DNA of 54,761 nucleotides, taken from the NCBI GenBank assembly GCA_016190155.1, contig JACPRB010000082.1:1-54761 (forward strand), given 5' to 3'. The notes under the pieces were generated by a model. The model had not been told where the DNA came from, did not search any database, and worked only from the letters and a program-made list of their open reading frames with translations. Source of the DNA: Planctomycetota bacterium. GTDB taxonomy: Bacteria > Planctomycetota > MHYJ01 > JACPRB01. The translations under genes and the position numbers were made by a program. Shown piece by piece: positions 28,131-37,300 of the stretch (position 1 is the stretch's first letter; each line of letters begins with the position of its first letter).

Positions 28131-28916
28131 ATGATGCGCTTGTTGGCCATCGGCGTTGTCGCGCTGGGCTGGATGGGATCCCGCGTGCCGGCGGGGGCTC
28201 AGGAGAAGGACGGGCCCGAGAAGATCGTTCTGGACCTCGGCGGCGGAGTGAAGATGGAATTCGTGAAGATCAAGGCGGGGAAGTTCACGATGGGGGGCAA
28301 TGAGAACGACAACGAGAAGCCGCCGCACGAGGTGACGATCACGAAGGACTACTGGATGCAAACGACGGAGACGACGCAGTCGCAGTGGGAAGCGGTGATG
28401 GGGAAGAATCCCTCGCATTTCAAGGGAGCCGACCTGCCGGTAGAGACGGTGAGTTGGGAGGATTGCCAGGAGTTCCTGAAGAAGTTGAACGAGAAGGCGA
28501 AGGAGCAGCTCAAAGGGAGGGCGGCGAAATTCCCCACGGAAGCGGAGTGGGAGTACGCGTGCCGGGCGGGAGAGAAAGGCACGTGGTGCTTCGGGGACGA
28601 GGGGAAGAAGCTGGGCGAATACGCATGGTATTACAAGAACTCGGACGCGAAGATGCACCCGGTCGGGCAGAAGAAGGCGAACGCGTGGGGCCTCTACGAC
28701 ATGCACGGGAACGCGTGGGAGTGGTGCGAGGACTGGTATGAGGCGTATCCTTCCGAAGCAGTAACGGATGCGACGGGGCCCGCGAAGGGTGATTCCCGGT
28801 GCCTGCGCGGCGGGTGCTGGCATGGCATTGCGTACAGCACCCGCTCCGCGCTCCGCCTCAGGGACGATCCGACGAATCACGACTTCTATGTCGGGTTCCG
28901 GGCCGCGTCGCGCTAG
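28131..28916 (+). CDS. secreted FGE-sulfatase (SUMF1/formylglycine-generating enzyme) domain protein
   Basis: PPHEVTITKDYWMQTTETTQSQW, VSWEDCQEF, PTEAEWEYACRAG, NAWGLYDMHGNAWEWCEDW, RGGCW, VGFRAA. Signal peptide MMRLLAIGVVALG. GGAGGAACGGAG precedes the ATG. Visibly lower GC and AAG/GAG-rich. Confidence 0.9.
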   Translation: MMRLLAIGVVALGWMGSRVPAGAQEKDGPEKIVLDLGGGVKMEFVKIKAGKFTMGGNENDNEKPPHEVTITKDYWMQTTETTQSQWEAVMGKNPSHFKGADLPVETVSWEDCQEFLKKLNEKAKEQLKGRAAKFPTEAEWEYACRAGEKGTWCFGDEGKKLGEYAWYYKNSDAKMHPVGQKKANAWGLYDMHGNAWEWCEDWYEAYPSEAVTDATGPAKGDSRCLRGGCWHGIAYSTRSALRLRDDPTNHDFYVGFRAASR

Positions 28917-28952
28917 TCTCTTCTCCTGACATTTTGAGTCTTTGCTTTTTGG

Positions 28953-29335
28953 GCACGGTTCAATCAGGGCTTGCGCGAGGAAACAGAGGGAAGCGGAGCA
29001 CGTAGAGAGGAAACCGACACCGGAGGACCCAGCGCGGCGACCGCAACCGAACTCGGGGTTCCTCCTTTTTCCGTCCGGAGAATACTATGAGGAAGCCAGG
29101 AAGCCAGGAGGAAGACCGAAGGATAGGACGGCCGACTTCCTTTCCTGGTTTCCTGCCTTCCTCAGAGATACTCAGGCGATTGGCCTGGAGGTTCATGAAG
29201 AATCTTGTCGTAGCACAGCAGAGGGTGCTGAGAGGCGGTTTCTTCCACTTTCTGCGACCCTCTGCGGCTTGGGCCTGGGCTCTGCGTTCTCTTCTTTCTC
29301 TCTGTTTCCTCGCACAAGGCCAAATTGAACCGTGC
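28953..29335. mobile_element. complete MITE-like non-autonomous element with about 36-nt imperfect terminal inverted repeats
   Basis: The left end is gcacggttcaatcagggcttgcgcgaggaaacagag. The right end is ctctgtttcctcgcacaaggccaaattgaaccgtgc; 30 of 36 positions are complementary. No believable ORF lies inside. Confidence 0.65.
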
Positions 29336-29481
29336 GGAAGCATTCAGAGATTCGGCTCCCCACCTCTCCCCTTCACTGCATCTCTCCTTTTCTTACACCC
29401 CTTCCCGGAATTCGTGGCACGTACTGGGGAATTCCTGCCCCTCGCCGCACTCCTTCGCAAAGCGGGCCCGAATCCTATAGA

Positions 29482-30447
29482 ATGGGAACCCTTATGGAAC
29501 GTTCAATCCCGCTGGAGAATCGAGAGGAGGCGGCGCGCCTCTTCGGGACGTACGACCGCAACCTCAAGCAGATTCAGAAGACGACCGGCGCGCAGGTGGT
29601 GCTTCGCAACGGCGCCATCCAGATCCGCGGATCGCGGGCGCAGGTGGATCGCGCGTACTCGGCGTTCACCAAGGTGAAGGAAGTCGTGGATGCGCGCGGA
29701 CAGCTCCAGGAAGGCGATCTCGATCAAATCCTGGAGGGAGAGGAGCGCCCCGCGGCGAAGGCGGCGGCTCCGGAGTCATACATCCCGGGGTCTATCTTCC
29801 GGCGATTGGTCGAAGTCGCGCCGAAGTCCGAAGGACAGCGCACCTACTTTCAGGAAATCGAGAAGAACGACATCGTCTTCGCCATCGGACCCGCGGGGAC
29901 GGGCAAGACGTTCCTGGCCGTGTGCAAGGGCGTGGAGTATCTGAAGGCGGGCGTCGTGCGGCGCATCGTGCTGGTCCGGCCGGCCGTGGAGGCGGGCGAA
30001 CGCCTGGGGTTTCTGCCGGGCGACATCCAGGCGAAGGTGAACCCGTATCTGCGCCCCATCTACGACTCGCTCAACGCGTTCCTCGAGTTCGGCCAACTCC
30101 AGCGGCTCATCGACAACGACGTGATCGAGATCGTCCCGCTGGCGTTCATGCGCGGGCGCACGCTGGACGAGGCGTTCATCATCCTCGACGAGGCGCAGAA
30201 CACGACGAGCGAGCAGATGAAGATGTTCCTCACGCGCATGGGCGGCAAGTCGAAGATCGTCGTGACGGGCGACATCACGCAGATCGACCTGCCGGCGGGA
30301 CGGGTGAGCGGCCTCGTGGAGGTGCGGGAGCTTCTGAAGGGAATCCCCGGCATCGCGTTCGCGTATCTGACGAAGGCGGACATCGTGCGCCACCCTTTGG
30401 TCCAGAGAATCGTGGATGCCTATGAGCAGCACCGGCCCCGGCGATAA
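29482..30447 (+). CDS. PhoH-family ATPase with N-terminal KH-like domain
   Basis: AIGPAGTGKTFLAV (Walker A), LVRPAVEAGERLGFLPGD, FIILDEAQN, TGDITQIDL. ATG 29482 or 29494. Confidence 0.92.
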   Translation: MGTLMERSIPLENREEAARLFGTYDRNLKQIQKTTGAQVVLRNGAIQIRGSRAQVDRAYSAFTKVKEVVDARGQLQEGDLDQILEGEERPAAKAAAPESYIPGSIFRRLVEVAPKSEGQRTYFQEIEKNDIVFAIGPAGTGKTFLAVCKGVEYLKAGVVRRIVLVRPAVEAGERLGFLPGDIQAKVNPYLRPIYDSLNAFLEFGQLQRLIDNDVIEIVPLAFMRGRTLDEAFIILDEAQNTTSEQMKMFLTRMGGKSKIVVTGDITQIDLPAGRVSGLVEVRELLKGIPGIAFAYLTKADIVRHPLVQRIVDAYEQHRPRR

Positions 30448-31048
30448 GCCTTCGACGCCCGTGGCGGGTCGGCCCAGCGCCGTCCAGCCGGACGTCAAGC
30501 TGGAGCGCCGGGTGTCGCCGTTCTTCGCGTTGCTCTTCTACGGATTCCTGTTCGCGGCGGCCTGGGTGTGGGTGCCGAACACGGGACAAGACGCGAAGGC
30601 CCTCTGGACGCCGAGGGCTCTGTGGCTCGACGTGGTTGTGGGGCTGGGCGCGGGTCTGGCGCTCGTGCTGGCCACGCCCGGGCTCACGCGGCGCGTGCGG
30701 TCGCTCGGCGAGCTGGAGCGGGAATTCGGCTGGGTCTTGGGCGAGCAGCGGACCTGGGAGTGCGTCGTGCTGGCGATCGCCGGCGGCGTGGCTGAGGAAT
30801 TCTTCTTCCGCGGGGCGATGCTGGCGGCGGCCGGCCCGTGGGTGGCCCTGGCCGTGTTCGCGGGCCTTCACTGGCCGATCAACGCGCAGTGGCGCGCGTG
30901 GCCCGTCACGGCCGCGCTGGCCGGGGCGGTCCTGACGGGGGAGCGGCTCCTGACGGGCACGGTGGTCGCGCCGGTGATCACGCATGTCATGGTCAACCTG
31001 GTGAATCTCATCCGCATTTCACGAAAGTACCGGATATGGAGAGAGTGA
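30416..31048 (+). CDS. CPBP family intramembrane glutamic endopeptidase (CAAX protease-like)
   Basis: GGVAEEFFFRG (EExxxR motif) and HVMVNLVN (second His motif). Several TM helices. Confidence 0.8.
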   Translation: MPMSSTGPGDKPSTPVAGRPSAVQPDVKLERRVSPFFALLFYGFLFAAAWVWVPNTGQDAKALWTPRALWLDVVVGLGAGLALVLATPGLTRRVRSLGELEREFGWVLGEQRTWECVVLAIAGGVAEEFFFRGAMLAAAGPWVALAVFAGLHWPINAQWRAWPVTAALAGAVLTGERLLTGTVVAPVITHVMVNLVNLIRISRKYRIWRE

Positions 31049-32472
31049 CGAACGTCTACACGAGTCCCTTCGCGGAGCGCTACTCCACGCCGGAGATGCT
31101 CCGGTTGTTCTCGGCCGACCACAAGTTCCGGACGTGGCGCCGCCTGTGGGTGGCGTTGGCGGAGGCCGAGCGGGCGCTGGGCTTGCCGATCACCGCCGCG
31201 CAGATCCGCGAGATGAAGGCGCACGTGGAGGACGTCAACACCGACGTCGCCCGCCGGTACGAGGAGCGGCTCAAGCACGACGTCATGGCGCACGTCCGCG
31301 CGTACGGCGATCAGTGTCCCAAGGCGACGGGGGTCATCCATCTGGGCGCCACGAGCATGTACGTCGTGGACAACACGGATCTCGTGGTCCTGCGCGACGC
31401 GCTGCAGCTTGTCCGGCGGGAGCTCGTGAACGTCATCGCCGCGCTGACGGCGTTCGCCAAGCGGTATGCGGATACGCCGACGGTGGCGTACACGCATTTC
31501 CAGCCGGCGCAGTTCACCACGATCGGAAAGCGCGCGTGCCTGTGGATCCAGGACCTGATGCTCGATCTCGAGGAGGTGGAGCGCCGGCTGGGCTCGTTGA
31601 GGTTCCTCGGCGCCAAGGGGGCGACGGGCACGCAGGCGAGCTTCCTGGAGCTCTTCGAGGGGGATCACGCGAAGGTCAAGGATCTCGACCGGCGAGTGGC
31701 GCGCGCGATGGGATTCTCGGAGACGTACCCGGTCACCGGCCAGACGTATTCGAGGAAGGTGGACGCGCAGGCGGCCGCGACGTTGGGCGGCATCGCGCAG
31801 TCGGCGCACAAGTTCGCCAACGACCTGCGGCTGCTGCAGCACCACGGCGAGATCCAGGAGCCGTTCGAGGAGGAGCAGGTCGGCTCCAGCGCGATGGCGT
31901 ACAAGCGCAACCCGATGAAGGCGGAGCGCATGACGTCGCTGGCGCGGCTGGTGATCGCGCTGGGCCAGAACGCGGCGTTCACGGCCGCCGGCCAGTGGTT
32001 CGAGCGGACGCTGGACGATTCGGCCGGCAAGCGTGTCGCGAATCCGGAGATGTTCCTGGGGGCGGACGCGATCCTGACGCTGTGGATGGAGATCGCGTCG
32101 AGGCCGGTCGTGAACCGCGACATTGTGCGCGCGAACGTCGAGCGGCAGCTCCCGTTCGTGGCGACGGAGAACGTGCTCATGGCGGCGGTGAAGGCGGGGG
32201 GCGACCGGCAGGTGCTGCACGAGCGGATCCGCCGGCACGCGCTGGCGGCGGTCGAGGCGATGCACGACGGGAAGGGAAACGACCTGATCGCGCGTCTCAA
32301 GAATGACGAGGCTTTTCGGGCGATCCGACAGAAGCTGGATCACCTGGGTCGGCCGGAGCGATATGTCGGGCGCGCCCCCGAGCAGGCGCGCGAGTTCATC
32401 GCGCAGGAGGTCGAGCCGGTGCTGCGATCGAGGCGGAAGTTGCTGGGATGGAAGGCGGTGGTGAAGGTATGA
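31036..32472 (+). CDS. purB: adenylosuccinate lyase
   Basis: YTSPFAERYSTPEMLRLFS..., GSSAMAYKRNPMKAE is the fumarate-lyase signature. ATG at 31036. Confidence 0.95.
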   Translation: MERVTNVYTSPFAERYSTPEMLRLFSADHKFRTWRRLWVALAEAERALGLPITAAQIREMKAHVEDVNTDVARRYEERLKHDVMAHVRAYGDQCPKATGVIHLGATSMYVVDNTDLVVLRDALQLVRRELVNVIAALTAFAKRYADTPTVAYTHFQPAQFTTIGKRACLWIQDLMLDLEEVERRLGSLRFLGAKGATGTQASFLELFEGDHAKVKDLDRRVARAMGFSETYPVTGQTYSRKVDAQAAATLGGIAQSAHKFANDLRLLQHHGEIQEPFEEEQVGSSAMAYKRNPMKAERMTSLARLVIALGQNAAFTAAGQWFERTLDDSAGKRVANPEMFLGADAILTLWMEIASRPVVNRDIVRANVERQLPFVATENVLMAAVKAGGDRQVLHERIRRHALAAVEAMHDGKGNDLIARLKNDEAFRAIRQKLDHLGRPERYVGRAPEQAREFIAQEVEPVLRSRRKLLGWKAVVKV

Positions 32473-32909
32473 GGAGATCGGGGCTGCTGGTTGTGGTGCT
32501 GTTGGGGGCGTGTCACACGATGACGCTTGAGGAGCACGAGCTGGCGTCGCGCGGGTTGACCCAGGAGGATCTCGAGGCGCCGCCATCGGACAACGACATC
32601 CGGGCGAGGATCATGACGGACGTGCGTACGACGTGGCTGCCGGAGGCGCAGCTGGACCAGGGGTTGCGCGAGTGCCCTGTGGTCCGTTTCGAGGAGGGCC
32701 GGCCGGTGTGCGCGGCGGACGGGACGGAGATGAAGATGTTCACGCTGCGCAACGACTCGCCGGACCGGCAGCATCCCGTGCGCGAGACCGCCTATTTCTG
32801 TCCGACGGAGAGCGCGTACTGGTACCACTACGAGGGCGGAGACGCGCGGCGTGACGTGTGGTTCGGGCCGCGGCGGGTGAAGATGCGTCCGGGCCGTCAG
32901 GATCATTGA
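32469..32909 (+). CDS. lipoprotein, hypothetical
   Basis: MRRSGLLVVVLLGAC lipobox. ATGA overlap with the purB stop. Confidence 0.55.
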   Translation: MRRSGLLVVVLLGACHTMTLEEHELASRGLTQEDLEAPPSDNDIRARIMTDVRTTWLPEAQLDQGLRECPVVRFEEGRPVCAADGTEMKMFTLRNDSPDRQHPVRETAYFCPTESAYWYHYEGGDARRDVWFGPRRVKMRPGRQDH

Positions 32910-32945
32910 AGTACCGACGGGGAGTCCTACAATCGCCGCGTGGGC

Positions 32946-33632
32946 ATGCCGACCGTCTCCGTGGTCATTCCGTGCTACAACGAGCGCGGGACCCTCGCGG
33001 AGATCGTGCGTCGCGTCTTCGAGCAGCCTCTCGTGACCGAGGTGGTCGCGGTGGACGACGCGTCGGGGGACGGAACGCGCGAGGAGCTGCGGCGGTTGGA
33101 GCGCGAGCATCCGCGACTGCGTACGGTGTTTCACGAGCGGAATCGCGGGAAGGGGGCGGCGCTGCGCCGCGGATTCCGGCGGGTGACGGGCGAGGTCACG
33201 ATCGTGCAGGACGCGGACCTGGAGTACGATCCGGCCGATTATCCGGCGTTGGTGCGGCCGATTGCGGAAGGGCGCGCCGAGGTCGTGTACGGCTCGAGGT
33301 ATTGCGGGCGTGCGGGCGACGCGCGCTGGCACGTGATCGGGAACCGGGCGATCACGTGGTTGTCGAACCTGGCGACGCGCCAGCACCTGACGGACATGGA
33401 GACGTGTTACAAGGTGTTTCTCACGCGGGTCTTGCGGTCGCTTCCGTTGCGGCAGGATCGATTCGGGTGGGATCCCGAGGTGACGGCGTTGGTGGCGCGG
33501 CGCGGGATCGCGATCCGGGAGGTGCCGATTCGTTATCGTCCGCGATCGTATGACGAGGGGAAGAAGATTCGGGCGAAGGACTTGGTGCGGGTGGTGGGCG
33601 TGATCGTGGCGAGGGGGATTCTGGCGCTGTAG
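32946..33632 (+). CDS. family 2 glycosyltransferase (polyprenol-phosphate sugar transferase-like)
   Basis: VSVVIPCYNE, VDDASGDGT, IVQDADLEYDP (DxD). GTG 32940 is an alternative start. Confidence 0.88.
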   Translation: MPTVSVVIPCYNERGTLAEIVRRVFEQPLVTEVVAVDDASGDGTREELRRLEREHPRLRTVFHERNRGKGAALRRGFRRVTGEVTIVQDADLEYDPADYPALVRPIAEGRAEVVYGSRYCGRAGDARWHVIGNRAITWLSNLATRQHLTDMETCYKVFLTRVLRSLPLRQDRFGWDPEVTALVARRGIAIREVPIRYRPRSYDEGKKIRAKDLVRVVGVIVARGILAL

Positions 33633-33652
33633 TACCCAGCAGCGAGCAGAGA

Positions 33653-34357
33653 CTATCTTTCCGACTCCGTGCACGTATGTTGCTTCTGGAGATGCTCGAG
33701 GCGGCCGGGTTCCCGGATATTGAGGGATGTTTCGCGGAGTTCCGCGCGGATGGGGGACCATGGGGGATCTTCGGGCAGGCGGGCGACGCAGGCATCGATC
33801 GCGTCGGCGTGGGCCGGCGCGGGTTGATCGGCGAGCAGGGCGGCGGCTGTTCGGATGAGGATCGGCTCGTTGCTGCGGGCGAGCAGGTCGAGGGCGTGCT
33901 GCGTTCCGGCGCGGAAGTCGCGGAAGGTGCATAGGGCGGCGTGGAGGACCGCCGGGTCTTTCTCTTCGAGGAAGAGCTCGTCGAGCGCGGCGATCATGCG
34001 TTCGCGTTCGTCGGTGCGGGAGGCGAGGGCATGCACGGCGTTGGAACGGATGATGGGCGAGGGGTGGGTGCGCGCGGTGTGGAGCAACCACTGGGTGGAG
34101 GCTTCGTCCGTGGAGCTCATGTGCGCGCTGACTTCGCGGAGGTCGTCGTCGAGGTCGTCCGTAGGAGACGGGGAGGCGGATCTTGTTCCTGGAACGGAAG
34201 GGGGGACATCGCCGGCGTCATGCGGCGGTGAGAGGGAACGGAGCTCAGCGGTCTGCTCGTGAACTCCGTGCGGGCGTCGGCTCTTGACGGCAAAGAACGC
34301 GGCGGCCACGGCGGCCAAACAGAGGGCCGGGATCAAGTGCCGCCGGATCTGATTCAC
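33653..34357 (-). CDS. membrane-anchored HEAT-repeat protein (hypothetical), immediately downstream of the giant protein gene
   Basis: GTG start, TM helix LIPALCLAAVAAAFFAV, HEAT-like SPIIRSNAVHALA...DPAVLHAAL...EPILIRTAAALLA. Confidence 0.55.
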   Translation of the reverse strand: MNQIRRHLIPALCLAAVAAAFFAVKSRRPHGVHEQTAELRSLSPPHDAGDVPPSVPGTRSASPSPTDDLDDDLREVSAHMSSTDEASTQWLLHTARTHPSPIIRSNAVHALASRTDERERMIAALDELFLEEKDPAVLHAALCTFRDFRAGTQHALDLLARSNEPILIRTAAALLADQPAPAHADAIDACVARLPEDPPWSPIRAELRETSLNIREPGRLEHLQKQHTCTESER

Positions 34358-34372
34358 GAGCGCTTGGTCCTT

Positions 34373-37300
34373 CTAGTTCGGGTATTGTCCCGGGTAGGTG
34401 GCCGCGATTCTCTGGTTGACCCCGTTGCGGCACACAAGGCAGTACCTGATGGGGTCCGTCCCTCCGGAGTGGTTCATGAGACAGGAGGCACGCGTCGGAC
34501 GCCAGATTCCCACGTAGGAGCCGGAGTTGTTGTCGCCTCCCTGGTAGAAGTGGATCTTGACCGCCGGACTGGAAAGAGTATCCCAAGCGCCCAGTTCCCA
34601 CTGGGCGGCGGCTACTTTGGTGGTCGTCGAGGGGAAAAAGGTGAGATTCGGACAGGAGGTGTCGGAGGCCTGGCCCGCCGCGATATCGATATCCACCCAC
34701 AGCTCGGCCGTGCCGTTGAGGCTGGAGAGCGCGATCTCATAGGTTTCGCCGGGAGCGGAGGGGGTGAAGGAAAGGGAGAAGGGCGAAGGGGCCTCGTGGG
34801 GCGCGTGGTCGGATGTGGTGACACCTCGGAGGGTGAGCGTGCTGACATACTGGAAGTTGCGATCCGGGTAGATCCCGACAGCGGGGTACAGACGCGTGTT
34901 GCCGGAGCATCGGTAGATGTACAGGTCTGCCATGCCGCTGGACGCGGTGAGTTCGCGGGGGCGCACGACGAAGGCTTTGGGCGGATTCGGAGAGGCCGGC
35001 GCCGTATAGAAGACGCTCAGGGTCGTGGAACCGTTCCACGTCCTTGTGGCGGAGTCGCGGCTTTCGTTGTAGTTCTTGGCGAAGCCTCTCTCCGTGATGT
35101 ACTCGTCGCCCAGGTTGGCGATCACATGTCCGAATTCGTGGACGAAGAGTTGCGAGAAGCGCGTCGTGTTCGGGCCGCCCCACACGATGATGCTGCCGGA
35201 CCCGACGCCTTGAGCGGAACCGGAGATGTCGTTGGGATCGTTGACCAGCACGCACATGAAGTTGTTCCCGGGCGAGACGGACGCAGCGTCTCTGACGTGG
35301 AGATCGTTGTAAGTGTCTCGGTTGATCACGCCCATCGTCCGGGTGTACGGCGACGGGGAGGTGGCCATGACGCGCCAGAAGTTGAACTTGTTGAGATGGG
35401 AGCTGCCAAACGGTTCGGTCGCCCGAAGCGCGTCGGCGGCAGCCAGCGTCTTGTTCCGGAAGAGCGCCACGTTGCTCGAGGCGAATCCTTCGCCCACGAA
35501 GACCACGTCGATCCGGCCGGTGTCGACCAGGGCGGGGTCGTTTGTGGCGGTGCCGTCGGTCTTGTAACCGTAGATGAGCTGATAGGGTTTGTTGAAGGAG
35601 AAGCACCAGAAGTTCTGGATCGTGCGGTTCTGGGGCATGAAGCCATCGGTGCCCCACGTCGTGCCCCAGGAGGTGCTGTATTGGAAGCCCTGGCAGTAAT
35701 CGTTGATGAGGTCGACGGGGCCGTAGGTCAGATCGACGGTGCTGTCGCTCCTGAAGGTGATCGTGAACGTGGCGTGTTTCGAGGTGTTGCGATTGTACGC
35801 GACGGCGTTCCAGGTGATGGCCACGTAGGTCGAGGTCGCGGCCCAGGTGATGGCGCCGTTGGCGCCGCCGGTGGGCAGCAGGTTGTCCCAGAGGCCGGCG
35901 ATGACGTTGGAGACGGAACCGGTCGGAAGGTTGGCCGGTGGAGTCCCCGACGTGGAGATCGAATCCGAGAGGCTTATCCAGCCGTTGGAGCACACGCGCA
36001 GGGGCCAGTTGGTGCTGTAGGTGGTCGATCCGAACTTGAATGGGAAGGGCAGATAGACGGGGACGTTGACGTTGTCTCCCGTAATGGTTCCGCAGTTCTG
36101 GATGACGACGAGGAGGCCGGCGGACCAAAAGGATTGCGGATAAGGTGAGCCCGTGCAGGTGGCTTGAACGCTTACGGAGAACGTGCCTTCCGCCGAGAAC
36201 GCATGGACGGCACTCGAGGCCTGGCTGAAGCTGGTAAGCGGCGATCCGTCGCCCCAGCTGAATCGGTACTTGACGGTGTGGCCCAGGGTGCATGTGGAAC
36301 CAAAGGTGGAGTATGAATAGCCGGCGCCCACGATGCCGTGCGTAAAGCCGGTCGGCTGAGCGGGAGTCGACACGGTGTGGTTGACGGGAACGGCCGAGGC
36401 CGTGTTGCTGTATCCAAGGCTGTTGTTGCCCGCGCCGTCGTAGGCGCGCACTCTGTAGTAGTAGGTCGTGCCGGTGGTGAGTCCGGTATTCGAGTAGGTC
36501 GTACCGGCGGTGGTCGTGATCTCTGAGAAGTTGATGTTATCCGTGGATCGTTCGATCTTGTAACCGGCCAGGCCTGAACCGCCGCTGTCCGTAGAAGCCG
36601 TCCAGCTCAGGTTGATCTGGGTGGAGGAAGCGGACGTGGCGGCGAGGCCGGTAGGAGTCGTGGGAGGGATCGTATCGGAAGGGGCCGTGACGACGACGCG
36701 CCACCAGGACGACCAATTGGACTGCGGATAGGCCGAGGTGGCGCAATACGCCTGAGCCCAGACGTAGTAAGTGCCTGCGGCGGTGTACGTATGGGACGCG
36801 GAGGTGCTCGTGCTGAAGATCGAGAAGGCCGAGGCGTCTCCCCAATAGAAGCGGTATCTGATCGTGCTATGACCCAGGCTGCAGGTGGAGCCGCCCGTAC
36901 TGAATGTCAATGAGGTGCCGGAGAAACCGGAACCGGGACCGGACGGTATGGAGGGCGCGGACACCGTGTGGGTCGTCGGCGTCGTCGCGGTGGCCGTGAG
37001 GCTGTAGCCGCTGTAGTTGCCGGCTCCGTCGTAGGCGCGGACGCGGTAGCCGAACTGCGCGCCGGAGACGAGGCCGATGTCTGAGAAGGTGGTGGCGGCC
37101 GTATTGCCGAGGTCCCACCAGTTGCTGTTATACAAGCGCCAGACGTTGTACCCCGTGGCGCCCGAAACGGCCGCCCACGCGATGTCGATTCGCGAACTCG
37201 AGATTGCGGTGGCGGTCAGGCCTGTCGGGGTGGCCGGTCCAGCAGCGGGGGCCGTGATGGACACGAAAACAGTGTTCGACCATTGGGACACGATGCCCGC

